From: an uncultured Mariniphaga sp.
GTDB lineage: Bacteria > Bacteroidota > Bacteroidia > Bacteroidales > Prolixibacteraceae
NCBI GenBank assembly: GCA_964575025.1
Contig: CAZNPV010000008.1
Location: 11,727 to 75,726, forward strand
Reading direction: 5' to 3'
DNA: 64,000 bases
Of the stretch, positions 1 through 9,856 are shown in pieces. The translations under genes were made by a program, and so were the position numbers. The notes below the pieces were generated by a model, which worked only from the letters and a program-made list of their open reading frames with translations, was not told the DNA's origin and searched no databases. The first letter of the stretch is position 1, and each line of letters begins with the position of its first letter.

Positions 1-163
1 GTTTTTCCTCTCTTTTGCTAAAACGGGTCATTCCTTCAGAAATTATCTGTAAAGAATCATTCAGAATCCTTCTAAACCAATTTAGCGATCATAAATTACA
101 GCAATTTTGATTATTATTGTGATTCAATGAAAGAAAACCTGCGCAATTTTTAAAAAAATCTTT

Positions 164-1600
164 ATGAAACGGGAATCTAACCTTTTCGAGGCCCTTATTC
201 CACTGATAATACTGATTGTTTTATTAAGCTTAAATGTAATATTTTTTGAAGACACTTTATCGGGACCGAATCAGATAGCCCTGCTTCTGGCGGCTTCCCT
301 TGCAGGGATCATTGCTTTACGGTTAGGTATTAAATGGAACAAAGTAAGGAAAAAGGTTGTGAGCACCATTGGTTCCGCGATGCCCTCCATCCTGATTTTG
401 CTATTAATAGGTTCCCTTGCAGGCACATGGATGATCAGTGGGGTTGTACCGGTTATGATCTACTACGGACTGGATCTGGTCAGTCCGAAGTTGTTTCTTT
501 TCACTGCAGTGATTGTGGGAGCCATTGTCAGTGTTGCCACCGGAAGTTCCTGGTCGACCATTGCAACAATCGGGATTGCTTTACTCGGAATTGGGAAGGC
601 CATAGGCCTGAACGAAGCCATAGTCGCAGGAGCCATCATCAGCGGAGCCTATTTTGGAGATAAAATGTCGCCCCTGAGCGATACAACCAACCTGGCGCCG
701 GCCATGGCCGGAACCGACCTTTTTACCCACATCAGGTATATGGCCCTCACTACAGGCCCAACCATTGTGATCACACTGATTATCTTTCTCTTTGTTGGGT
801 TTAATTATCAATTTACCGATAATTCAATAAATGTTGTAACGGTACAGGCAGCCATTGACCAGGCTTTTAACACCTCCCCTCTTCTGTTTCTTGTTCCGGC
901 AGCCCTGTTAACGATCATCATCTTAAAGATCCCGCCTATACCAGCCCTTATGGCAGGAACACTCCTCGGAGCACTCTTTGCTATCATCTTCCAGCCCCAA
1001 ATCATCCAGGAGGTTTCAGGCATTACTGAAAATTACAGAAAAGCAGCTTATATAACCGTTATGCAATCAATGTTCGGAGATATCAACCTGGTTACCCCCG
1101 ATCCGGGTGTAAACGAACTGCTGAGTACTTCCGGTATGCGTGGAATGCTGGATACCATCTGGTTGATCCTTTCAGCCATGGTATTTGGCGGGATTATGGA
1201 AAGTGCCGGTTTGCTGAAACGTATTGTCCGCCCCATTATCCAGGTCGCAAAAAGTACTGGCAGCATTGTAGCTTCTACTGCCGTAACCTGTCTGTTCTTT
1301 AATACGACAGCATCCGACCAGTATATAGCGATTGTGGTACCCGGACGAATGTTCCGGAAAACCTTTGAGGACAAAGGACTAAAACCGGAAGTCTTGAGCC
1401 GGACCCTTGAAGACAGCGGAACAGTAACTTCGGTACTGATTCCCTGGAATACCTGCGGAGCCACACAGTCAAGAGTGCTGGGCGTACCTACCCTCGATTA
1501 TCTGCCCTACTGCTTTTTTAACATTATCAGCCCTTTTATGACCATTGCTTTTGCTTATCTGAACATTAAAATACATAGGATTAACAACAAAAAGGAATAA
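164..1600 (+). CDS. nhaC: Na+/H+ antiporter, NhaC family
   Basis: 478-aa polytopic membrane ORF. Overall pattern and the GDKMSPLSDTTNLAP motif are typical of NhaC-family antiporters. Confidence 0.85.
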   Translation: MKRESNLFEALIPLIILIVLLSLNVIFFEDTLSGPNQIALLLAASLAGIIALRLGIKWNKVRKKVVSTIGSAMPSILILLLIGSLAGTWMISGVVPVMIYYGLDLVSPKLFLFTAVIVGAIVSVATGSSWSTIATIGIALLGIGKAIGLNEAIVAGAIISGAYFGDKMSPLSDTTNLAPAMAGTDLFTHIRYMALTTGPTIVITLIIFLFVGFNYQFTDNSINVVTVQAAIDQAFNTSPLLFLVPAALLTIIILKIPPIPALMAGTLLGALFAIIFQPQIIQEVSGITENYRKAAYITVMQSMFGDINLVTPDPGVNELLSTSGMRGMLDTIWLILSAMVFGGIMESAGLLKRIVRPIIQVAKSTGSIVASTAVTCLFFNTTASDQYIAIVVPGRMFRKTFEDKGLKPEVLSRTLEDSGTVTSVLIPWNTCGATQSRVLGVPTLDYLPYCFFNIISPFMTIAFAYLNIKIHRINNKKE

Positions 1601-1743
1601 TAATATTTTAACAAAAGCACGTACTATATTTGCAGTTCATACTACAATCCGGAATTATTTCACAGGGTACGTAAAAAAGTAAAATCAAAATCAAGCAATA
1701 GAACGTAAAATCTTTCTATTTTTAAACAAAATAAGAATGAGAG

Positions 1744-1783
1744 GGAACTCGCCCCGATCGATAAGCGCATCGGGGCGAGTTCC
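1744..1783 (+). terminator. Perfect 15-bp stem-loop (GGAACTCGCCCCGAT / ATCGGGGCGAGTTCC, 10-nt loop); possible nhaC terminator or leader structure of the next gene
   Basis: Arms at 1744-1758 and 1769-1783 read directly from the sequence. No T-tract follows on the + strand. The right arm abuts the first ATG of the downstream ORF. Confidence 0.4.
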
Positions 1784-3283
1784 ATGAGTTACCTTAAAAA
1801 TGATAAATTTAAACGAATGAATACAACTACAGAAAAATTATCCGTAAGGGAAAAATTTGGTTACAGTTTAGGAGACTTTGCTGCGAATCTGATTTTTCAG
1901 ACCCTCATGACTTTTTTGGCATTCTTTTACACGGATGTATACCGGATTCCCCCTGGTGCAGCTTCAGCCATTATATTTGCCGGGGGGATGATCGGCGCCT
2001 TTTTCAATCCGGTCATGGGTGCTATTGCCGACCGGACCAACACGCGGTGGGGAAAATTCCGCCCCTGGATTTTGTGGACTGCCGTTCCCTTTGGTGTCAT
2101 TGCCCTGCTGGCGTTCACTACACCAAAATTCGGGGACAACGGGAAAATTATTTACGCCCTGATTACCTACATTTTACTGGTTATTATTTATTCGGCCAAC
2201 AACCTTCCCTATGCAGCATTAAGTGGGGTCATGACAGGGAACATGGCTGACCGCAACAGCCTTTCGTCCTATCGTTTCAATGCCGTTATGATTGCTCAGT
2301 TTATTGTTCAGGTTTTACTGCTTCCGTTGGTTATTATCCTTGGCGACGGCGACCGAACGGAAGGATTTAAAAATATTATAGGAATTTTTGCCATCGTTGG
2401 CATCATCTTCTTTATTATAACATTCTTAACAACCAAAGAGCGTATTGTTCCAAAACCGGAACAGAAATCTACGTTAAAAGAAGATCTGGGTGATTTGTTC
2501 AAAAACAAACCCTGGATTGTTATGTTAATCCTTACTGTTTTGATTTTTGTAACCCTGGCGTTAAAAAACGGGATGTATGTCTATTATTTTGAAAACTTCC
2601 TAAGTGAGAAACATCTGGCTACATTTCTGGATAAAACTGGATTCAACGGAATAATCGACGGGCTGAACAGAGGTCTTACAGGGTTAGGTCTTCCCGGCTT
2701 CCGGTGGCCTGAGGATACACCAACCTCCGGATTTAGTTTTTTCAATGCTGTAGGGATCATTCTCATGATCGTAGGGATCAGCTTCTCCAAACGACTGGCA
2801 GATAAATTCGGGAAAAGAGACATTTTTAAAATAGGAATCTTCTTTGCCACGCTTCCCTTGCTGGCTTTTTATTTTTATTCACCTGAATCCATTGCCCTTG
2901 TTTACATCAGCCAGGTCATCCATGGTTTCGCTTATGGCCTCACAATTCCATTGCTGTGGGCTATGATTGCCGATGTAGCTGATTATTCCGAATGGAAAAA
3001 TAACCGACGGGCTACCGGCATCATTTTTTCAGCCATGATCTTCGGCTTAAAAATGGGACTTAGCATCGGGGGTGGACTGGTTGCAGGGATCCTGGCAGCT
3101 TACGGATATAATGAACAGCTGGTAACCCAGCCGGCTGAAACCCTTCAGGGAATTAAACTGGCGGTTAGTATCTTCCCGTCCATTACGTTCTTTATAAGCT
3201 TTGCCAGCCTCTTCTTTTATGAAATAAATAAACAAACAGAGATCCAGATTGAGAAAGAATTAATCACACGGAGGGATTCTTAA
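1784..3283 (+). CDS. Glycoside-pentoside-hexuronide (GPH):cation symporter, MFS superfamily (MelB/XylP/YicJ-like)
   Basis: 499-aa 12-TM-type ORF. KLSVREKFGYSLGDFAANL and AIADRTNTRWGKFRPW are GPH-family hallmarks. The true start may be the Met at 1817 (MNTTTEKLS...), downstream of the hairpin. Confidence 0.85.
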   Translation: MSYLKNDKFKRMNTTTEKLSVREKFGYSLGDFAANLIFQTLMTFLAFFYTDVYRIPPGAASAIIFAGGMIGAFFNPVMGAIADRTNTRWGKFRPWILWTAVPFGVIALLAFTTPKFGDNGKIIYALITYILLVIIYSANNLPYAALSGVMTGNMADRNSLSSYRFNAVMIAQFIVQVLLLPLVIILGDGDRTEGFKNIIGIFAIVGIIFFIITFLTTKERIVPKPEQKSTLKEDLGDLFKNKPWIVMLILTVLIFVTLALKNGMYVYYFENFLSEKHLATFLDKTGFNGIIDGLNRGLTGLGLPGFRWPEDTPTSGFSFFNAVGIILMIVGISFSKRLADKFGKRDIFKIGIFFATLPLLAFYFYSPESIALVYISQVIHGFAYGLTIPLLWAMIADVADYSEWKNNRRATGIIFSAMIFGLKMGLSIGGGLVAGILAAYGYNEQLVTQPAETLQGIKLAVSIFPSITFFISFASLFFYEINKQTEIQIEKELITRRDS

Positions 3284-3358
3284 GTTGTTGGTATATTCAA
3301 CTTTCGCATGATAAAAATGGTGGCATTCCTTCTCAAAGAAAGGGTGTCCCTGCCGGAA

Positions 3359-6300
3359 TTATTCGTTTTTCAGGGCTGCCACCAATTCTTTTCTTTTAAT
3401 AAAGAACCACGTGAGTATTCCTATCCAGAATACTCCGTTAAGAAGGATGATTCCCACGATCACAACCAGGTTGATCAGAGATACTTCGGTATTATCAGAC
3501 AAAAAGGATGGAAGCGCAGCAATCACAGCGGTAATAAATCCGATGAGAACACCTCCTGCCAGCAATGCTGAATATTCAGAAACCAGCAGGTTGAATATTT
3601 TCATTTTACTGAAGCCTACGGCCCGTAACAGAGCGATTTCCTGTTTTCGCTCCAGGATTGTTCTTGCCAATACAATAGCGAGTCCCAGAGTTCCCAGAAC
3701 CATTCCCAGCGCCCCCAGCGCCAGGAAGATAGCAAGGTATGTGTTGGTAACAGAATAAAATGCGGCAAGGCGTTGTGCTGTTTCAACCTGTTCCCAGCCG
3801 TAATCCCGAAAGGTGAGGGTTAATTCATCAACAACGGTCTGTTTTTGTTCCGGGCTGCTCTCAATAAGGAATAGTTGGGATCCACTGCTTGATGGATAAT
3901 GTTCCAGGAAATGGGTGTTGCTGATAATCACGTTTCCCTGAAAGACAGAAGGTGCCAGCCCTCCAATAAGCTTCAGAGCAAGGGTGTCTCCCGCTTCATT
4001 TCGGTAAAACAGGGTATCTCCCACCTTTTTCCCCAATCCCCACCGGATTACCGTCTGATCGGCTATCGCCGGGATCACTCCTTGTTCCGGTTCTTTGTTG
4101 AGCGATAGCCAGGGGTGTGATTTATCGAGCATTTCATCCGATACAGAAAAAGAAAACCGGCCCTGCAATTCTTCCGGATTCACACCCAGGATGGCCGGTT
4201 GGGAGATCAGGTTCAGGTTCAGGCAACTGGCATCATCGCCTTCCATTCTGCGTAACTGAACAACATCCCAGGTATCTGAAAGCCCCTCCTTAGTGCGATA
4301 CACAGGATCATTTAAATCAGACAAAACAGGCATTGTGGTTTCAGCAAAAAACATAAATCCGCCGGTTCCACTGGTTTTCCTTTCAGCCCCCCGGAACATA
4401 TCTTTCCGGTTGGCACCCGTAGAAATAACAAGAAATGTACCCAACGCCAGCAGTAAGAAAACCGTTAGCGAACGACTGCGGTTTCTGGTAAGATTTCTGG
4501 CACTCAGCCTTCTAAGGCTTAATCTGCTGCCCGGATGTACTCTTTGATAAGTCAACAACCTGTCTGCAAAAAGTATCAGGGAAACAAGCATCAAACTGCC
4601 ACTGATCAAAAACCAGGAAGGATTCTGTGATTCGTCAAGAACGAACTGTTCAATGAGTATAAAAACAGAGATCAAACCAGTCAGTAAAGCAACCATCATT
4701 TTCAGAATGCGTATCCAGGATTTCTCTTTCCCTGCTATTTTTTTCTGAATATCAGCAGCCTGTTGCTTTTGGGTTCTATGCATGGAATAACTGATCACTA
4801 TTACGGAGAGGATTATGCTTGCCAGAAAACCAATTCCCAGGGTTAACGGGACCAACTGTATTTCAAGCATGTTGGTCCTGACAATGTCGTTCCAGAGGCT
4901 GTTGAGTGCATAAAAAACAATATGGGTATATCCGACGCCCAGCACGATTCCTGCCAGAGCTCCTGAAACCGATACGAGAACGCCTTCCGATAAGAACAGA
5001 TTCCTCACCTGTTTGGGCTTAAAACCAAGGACCGTCAATGTCCCCATTTGTCCTTTCCGGTTTTCCAGATTTAACAGGAACAAAAGGGCAGAAAGAAGAG
5101 CAGCAGCTACCAGGAGAAAAAAACTTAACCCGATAAACAGCTGACTGAAACTGACCCCGTTCTGCGCTGCTGCAAGCCCGTTTTCTTTTACGGGGAGGAT
5201 ACTGAATCCCAGGTCTGCAGGATCTGATGCATTATGAAATTTCTCTCTGAGATCTTCTTCACCAAGACGATCCTGTGAAAATCGCACCGATGTATAGTTC
5301 CCAAACCGGTTAGCCCATATTTCCTGAGCTTTCTCAATGGATATAAAGGCTTTGGGCATACCCTGGTATCGATCCCAGTAGGCTTCATCCTTCTCCCTGA
5401 TCTTTTCCAGATCAATAGGGATGCCCGCTTCCCATTCGCTGCAGCTGCCGGCATCATACAAACCCGGTATATACGGCATCAAGGTACTGTCGGTATAGCT
5501 GCTTTTCATGCCAACAACTTTGCTAACAACAAAGGTTGAATACTCCTGCGTCAATTTTCGCAACGGGCCGGCTACATAATAAGCCAGTTCAAGCGAATCT
5601 CCTTCCCCGGCACCCAGGTCGTCAGCCAGCCATTGGTTAATGATGATGTGATGATTTGCCAGTTCACCTGCAGGCCGCGTAGAAACAAAGGAATAAGGAG
5701 TTTCTTTTAGGTGCGTTTGATCCTCTGTTTTTGTGATGCTGTTCACAAAGTAGGTGAAGACACCTGTTGCTCCCGGAAGAGAGCCAAAACAATCATAAAC
5801 AGAAGGATCCATAAAAACACGTTCCGAGAGAATCTCATTCTCTCCGGTTTTTTTGATATTTCTGAAAATGAGGCCTGCATCTTCAGGCTTCCAACGCTCT
5901 TTTAGAATCCGGATTATTTGTTCTGTTTCCAGATCTGAACAGATCAGCAGGGTATTTGCCTTTCCCGAAAAGTCCATCAGTTCATTCAGGCGCTCGATGG
6001 ACATAAAGGCATTAAACGGTGCTGTTTGGGTATTTTGCAATGAAAACCTGCCAAGATCTTCTGCTGATGCGATGTCTTTTATTGAAGCCCGGAAGGAAAC
6101 GCTGGTTTCTTCATCCGACATAAAAGGGGCATTTAAAGGAATCTGGCTCGCCTTTTTGATGCGTAAAACCACTTCATCACCAGGTGTAACAGAAAGCCTG
6201 GCAGCTAAATTTTTGCTTAGTATGATTTCATTCCTTTCCAGGCCGGAAAAAAAACGGGAGCCCGCAATCTGATGAAAAGAACTGTCGACACCTACCACCT

Positions 6301-6619
6301 GAACCCGGTTGGCCCTGTGAGTTCCCCCGTCTGAAATGGCAACTGCTTCACTAAGCAAGGCAGGAGCAACACGCAATGCCCCTTTCACAGCCATATCCTC
6401 CGCCAGATCCTGCCGGAAATAACGATCAACAACCCTAAGGGCATGGGTTGTATTTCCCAATCGTAAGGTCGCAATTTTTGTAAGGCTGTACGATACAGAA
6501 TCGCCTATAATGAGAGCCCCGGTTAATACGGCCGTACTTACAGCAACCCCCAGGGCGATAAGAATATTCCCACGTATATAAAATAAAAAACTCTTTATAA
6601 TGACCTTCAGCCTGTTCAT
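3359..6619 (-). CDS. Fused double FtsX-domain ABC transporter permease (MacB/YbbP-like)
   Basis: 1086 aa. An N-terminal TM helix, a large extracytoplasmic domain and an FtsX-type helix bundle occur twice in the protein. The likely ATPase partner is at 7837-8517. Confidence 0.8.
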   Translation of the reverse strand: MNRLKVIIKSFLFYIRGNILIALGVAVSTAVLTGALIIGDSVSYSLTKIATLRLGNTTHALRVVDRYFRQDLAEDMAVKGALRVAPALLSEAVAISDGGTHRANRVQVVGVDSSFHQIAGSRFFSGLERNEIILSKNLAARLSVTPGDEVVLRIKKASQIPLNAPFMSDEETSVSFRASIKDIASAEDLGRFSLQNTQTAPFNAFMSIERLNELMDFSGKANTLLICSDLETEQIIRILKERWKPEDAGLIFRNIKKTGENEILSERVFMDPSVYDCFGSLPGATGVFTYFVNSITKTEDQTHLKETPYSFVSTRPAGELANHHIIINQWLADDLGAGEGDSLELAYYVAGPLRKLTQEYSTFVVSKVVGMKSSYTDSTLMPYIPGLYDAGSCSEWEAGIPIDLEKIREKDEAYWDRYQGMPKAFISIEKAQEIWANRFGNYTSVRFSQDRLGEEDLREKFHNASDPADLGFSILPVKENGLAAAQNGVSFSQLFIGLSFFLLVAAALLSALLFLLNLENRKGQMGTLTVLGFKPKQVRNLFLSEGVLVSVSGALAGIVLGVGYTHIVFYALNSLWNDIVRTNMLEIQLVPLTLGIGFLASIILSVIVISYSMHRTQKQQAADIQKKIAGKEKSWIRILKMMVALLTGLISVFILIEQFVLDESQNPSWFLISGSLMLVSLILFADRLLTYQRVHPGSRLSLRRLSARNLTRNRSRSLTVFLLLALGTFLVISTGANRKDMFRGAERKTSGTGGFMFFAETTMPVLSDLNDPVYRTKEGLSDTWDVVQLRRMEGDDASCLNLNLISQPAILGVNPEELQGRFSFSVSDEMLDKSHPWLSLNKEPEQGVIPAIADQTVIRWGLGKKVGDTLFYRNEAGDTLALKLIGGLAPSVFQGNVIISNTHFLEHYPSSSGSQLFLIESSPEQKQTVVDELTLTFRDYGWEQVETAQRLAAFYSVTNTYLAIFLALGALGMVLGTLGLAIVLARTILERKQEIALLRAVGFSKMKIFNLLVSEYSALLAGGVLIGFITAVIAALPSFLSDNTEVSLINLVVIVGIILLNGVFWIGILTWFFIKRKELVAALKNE

Positions 6620-6841
6620 TTGTTCCCTGTATGGTTATTTTTTTAAAAGAACACCCTCAGACAAAGATAATAAGGATGTCGATACCGGACCTGTTATTTT
6701 TCCTGCTTAAGTCCGGTTTTTTTAGTAAAACTTGTTAATTTTAACCTTAGTAACTGAAAGTACGGGTTACATGCAATTTTCACAGAGTTACAATCTGCAT
6801 TTTAAATACTGATAAATTAATAAACAATCCAACCAACAATT

Positions 6842-7780
6842 ATGGAAACAAAAAGAGAATTTCTAAAAAAACTGGGACTCATTACTGTCGGTAGTCTGGT
6901 GGGCGGGACGATGTCTCCTGCATTCGCATCAAAAACAAAAGGAAATTTATTTGCTCCTTCCAAAAAGATTGGTCTTCAGATCTACTCGGTAATGAGGGAA
7001 CTCAACGAGGATGTTCCCAAAGGACTGAAAAGAATTGCGGATATTGGGTACAAAACCATTGAGCTTGCAGGGTACGGGAACAGGAAAATGGGTGAATATG
7101 AAGTTACGGAATACCGCAAACTTGCAGAGGATGCCGGACTGAAGATAACGGGTTCTCATGTGAATCCACCTGTGAGGCAATACTCCAAAGATAACCTGGA
7201 ACAAATCGCAACCTTTTGGAAAGAAACAGTGGAAGACCACGTAAAACTTGGAGTAACTACCCTTGTTCAGCCCTCTATGCCGAATATCCAGACCATTGAC
7301 GATGCCAAATTTGTAGCGGAAGTGTTTAATAAAAACGGTGAGATTACCAAAGAAGCAGGCATTAAATGGGGCTATCACAACCACAACATGGAATTTAACC
7401 GGGTTACGGAAAATGCGGACGAACCGGCACCTTCCAATCCCTGGGTCCGCCAGGGAGAACCTATTTACGACCTGCTGCTGAATCATACCGATCCCAAACT
7501 GGTATTTTTTGAAATGGATGTTTACTGGGCTGTTATGGGACAAGCCGACCCGGTTGAATATTTTCACAACCATGCCGGCAGATTCCCTGTTCTGCACATT
7601 AAAGACCGTGCTGTCCTCGGAGAATCCGGAATGATGAATTTCAAAAAAATATTTGAAGTGGCCTACGAAAACGGCCTTGACGAGTATTATGTGGAACTGG
7701 AAGGCATTCGGGGAATGACTCAGTTTGAAGGAGTTAAACGCTGTTTCGATTATCTTGCAAATGCTCCTTTTGTAAAATAA
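6842..7780 (+). CDS. Exported sugar phosphate isomerase/epimerase (xylose-isomerase-like TIM barrel)
   Basis: 312 aa. Tat-like signal (KREFLKKLGLITVGSLVGG...AFA) followed by a pattern typical of the AP-endonuclease-2/xylose-isomerase-like TIM barrel family. Confidence 0.7.
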   Translation: METKREFLKKLGLITVGSLVGGTMSPAFASKTKGNLFAPSKKIGLQIYSVMRELNEDVPKGLKRIADIGYKTIELAGYGNRKMGEYEVTEYRKLAEDAGLKITGSHVNPPVRQYSKDNLEQIATFWKETVEDHVKLGVTTLVQPSMPNIQTIDDAKFVAEVFNKNGEITKEAGIKWGYHNHNMEFNRVTENADEPAPSNPWVRQGEPIYDLLLNHTDPKLVFFEMDVYWAVMGQADPVEYFHNHAGRFPVLHIKDRAVLGESGMMNFKKIFEVAYENGLDEYYVELEGIRGMTQFEGVKRCFDYLANAPFVK

Positions 7781-7803
7781 CAACAACCAGATGCCATAAA
7801 CAG

Positions 7804-7836
7804 ACAGGTGTTATTCCAATAGCACCTGTTTTTTTA
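7804..7836. terminator. Bidirectional intrinsic terminator between convergent genes
   Basis: ACAGGTG (7804-7810) and CACCTGT (7823-7829) form the stem, followed by a T7 run. The element lies between the stop at 7780 (+) and the stop at 7837 (-). Confidence 0.6.
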
Positions 7837-8517
7837 TTAATTCAACACTCCGTCATGCAGATAACAGGTTTCATCCATACGGTCTGCCAGATCCTGTGAA
7901 TGAGTTACTACCACCATAGCCACTTTTTCTTCTTCGCTTAATGAAACCAACAGATCGCCAAGATTCTTCGCGTTTTTTTCATCCAGGGCACCTGTTGGTT
8001 CGTCGGCAAGCAACAGTTGGGGTTTATTAATCAGCGCTCTGACCACTGCTGTACGCTGGCATTCCCCTCCGGATAATTCTGCCGGGCGTTGATACCGTTG
8101 ATCCCAGATACCCACCCTCTTAAGCAGGTACTCAGCCCACGATTCATCCATAACCTGTACTTTCTTTTTAAAAGGAAGTACAGGCAACAACACATTTTCC
8201 CAGAGCGTAAGCTGTGGCAGAAGATAATGCATCTGAAAAATAAATCCCAGTTCCCTATTTCTGAATTCTGCCATTTCAACCTGTGACAACCGGGAGAGGT
8301 CTTTTTCCTTAAAGATGATTCTTCCCGAATCTGCACGGTCGAGGGCTCCTGCAACATTAAGCAGGGTTGTTTTTCCGGACCCGCTGGGCCCCAGAACCGC
8401 CATTTTTTTCCCCTCCTTCACTTCCAGCGACAGTTCTTTTAGTACAGGCCGGAAACCGGGGCTGTTGGGATCTCCATATCCCTTTGATACATTGTCCAGC
8501 AATAATAAACTAGCCAT
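7837..8517 (-). CDS. ABC transporter ATP-binding protein (MacB/LolD type)
   Basis: Walker A GPSGSGKTT, signature LSGGECQR and Walker B LLLADEPTGALD are all present. Confidence 0.9.
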   Translation of the reverse strand: MASLLLLDNVSKGYGDPNSPGFRPVLKELSLEVKEGKKMAVLGPSGSGKTTLLNVAGALDRADSGRIIFKEKDLSRLSQVEMAEFRNRELGFIFQMHYLLPQLTLWENVLLPVLPFKKKVQVMDESWAEYLLKRVGIWDQRYQRPAELSGGECQRTAVVRALINKPQLLLADEPTGALDEKNAKNLGDLLVSLSEEEKVAMVVVTHSQDLADRMDETCYLHDGVLN

Positions 8518-8531
8518 CTATGATTTATATA

Positions 8532-9830
8532 TTATTGTTTTTCGCTTCCATGCAGTGATTCGTACAGCTCAATCATTTTCAGGGTTTGTATGTGGATATC
8601 AAAATGTTTTCTGACCCCACTGACCGCCTTCTCACTGAGCGATTGAATTCTTTCCGGTTTGGTAAACAAATCCTCCAGGGTCTCTGCAAGTGCTTTGGGG
8701 GTATTCTCTTCATAAATCACTCCGCCTTCCGAAGTTTCCACAATTTCCGGGAAAGCCCCCAATGCAGGCTGTACTACAGGCACCCCTGAAGCCATAGCTT
8801 CCAGAAGGTACATTCCGAAAGCTTCTCCATTCCGTACCGGTACTGAGAGCAAAGAGACCTTTTTAAAAAATTCGTCTCGTCCCTGATCTTCAAACTTCTT
8901 ATGAAAGTCAACCTGACTATCCAGATTGTTCTTTTTTAAACGCTTTTTTATTTCTTTGATATAGCGGGTATCATCCCCTGTAGAACCACCGGTAACCACC
9001 AGTTTTACATCCCCGAACCCGGGTTTCTTTTTTAACTCAATAAATGCATCGGTAAGAATATCCAACCCGTTTTCATGGTTCATTCGTGAGAGATATCCAA
9101 TATTACGTGGCTTTTCTGAAGAATTAATGCAGGTATAATCTGTATGGCTGATGCCAAGGTGTATGATATGCACTTTTTCTGGGGGTAAGTTCATCTTTTT
9201 CTTCATCACATCCGCAAAATAGGTACTGACCGATATAAAGGCATCCACATTTTCAGCTTTTTGGTGCATCAGTTTCCAGATATGTTTTCTGAAACCCGGT
9301 TCCATGGCGTCAACCCATACATCTTCATCCTGGAGCGAACATACCACCGGGACGTTAAGCTTTTTTTTAATCTGACGGGCCAGACCCAGCAACAAAGCAT
9401 TGGATATATGGATGATATCCGGCTGAAAGTGGTCGGCTATCCAGTGAACCATTTCGTCCAGTTCTTCCCGTTGCTTTCCTTCTTCTCCCATCAGCATGGA
9501 TTCAGTCATATCTTCCAGTCCCCTGGCGTTGGTTGATCCAGCCATCGATGAAGCAAACTTCAGAAGAGGCTTTGAATTTAAAACACGCTCCACCCATCTC
9601 GGTGCTTTTCTCAATACAGGAAAACGTTGTTTCAGGTACAGACTCACAGCACCATAAAATACCGGAATGTCGGTAAGGTCATGTTCATCCGCAAAAAGGG
9701 GCAGATACATGGGTATCTTAATTACCTGGTGTCCTTCCTTTCTGAAAGCTTCGAAATATTTGCTGTCACGAAGACAATTCCCGCAATAAAAGGAACCACC
9801 TGATCCGGGTATTATCTGAATGATATTCAT
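8532..9830 (-). CDS. Glycosyltransferase, family 4 (GT-B fold)
   Basis: 432 aa. The C-terminal half carries the GT4-type EAFGMYLLEAMASGVPVV motif. The N-terminus has an unusual GSFYCGNC motif. Confidence 0.75.
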   Translation of the reverse strand: MNIIQIIPGSGGSFYCGNCLRDSKYFEAFRKEGHQVIKIPMYLPLFADEHDLTDIPVFYGAVSLYLKQRFPVLRKAPRWVERVLNSKPLLKFASSMAGSTNARGLEDMTESMLMGEEGKQREELDEMVHWIADHFQPDIIHISNALLLGLARQIKKKLNVPVVCSLQDEDVWVDAMEPGFRKHIWKLMHQKAENVDAFISVSTYFADVMKKKMNLPPEKVHIIHLGISHTDYTCINSSEKPRNIGYLSRMNHENGLDILTDAFIELKKKPGFGDVKLVVTGGSTGDDTRYIKEIKKRLKKNNLDSQVDFHKKFEDQGRDEFFKKVSLLSVPVRNGEAFGMYLLEAMASGVPVVQPALGAFPEIVETSEGGVIYEENTPKALAETLEDLFTKPERIQSLSEKAVSGVRKHFDIHIQTLKMIELYESLHGSEKQ

Positions 9831-9856
9831 GATTTGCTTTCTTTCCCTGTTCGTTC

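Noticed and set aside
6947-7786. 279-aa minus-strand ORF antisense to the isomerase gene
   Set aside because: It is a shadow ORF with an odd composition rich in F, H, R and N. The + strand product has a clear Tat signal and a family pattern.
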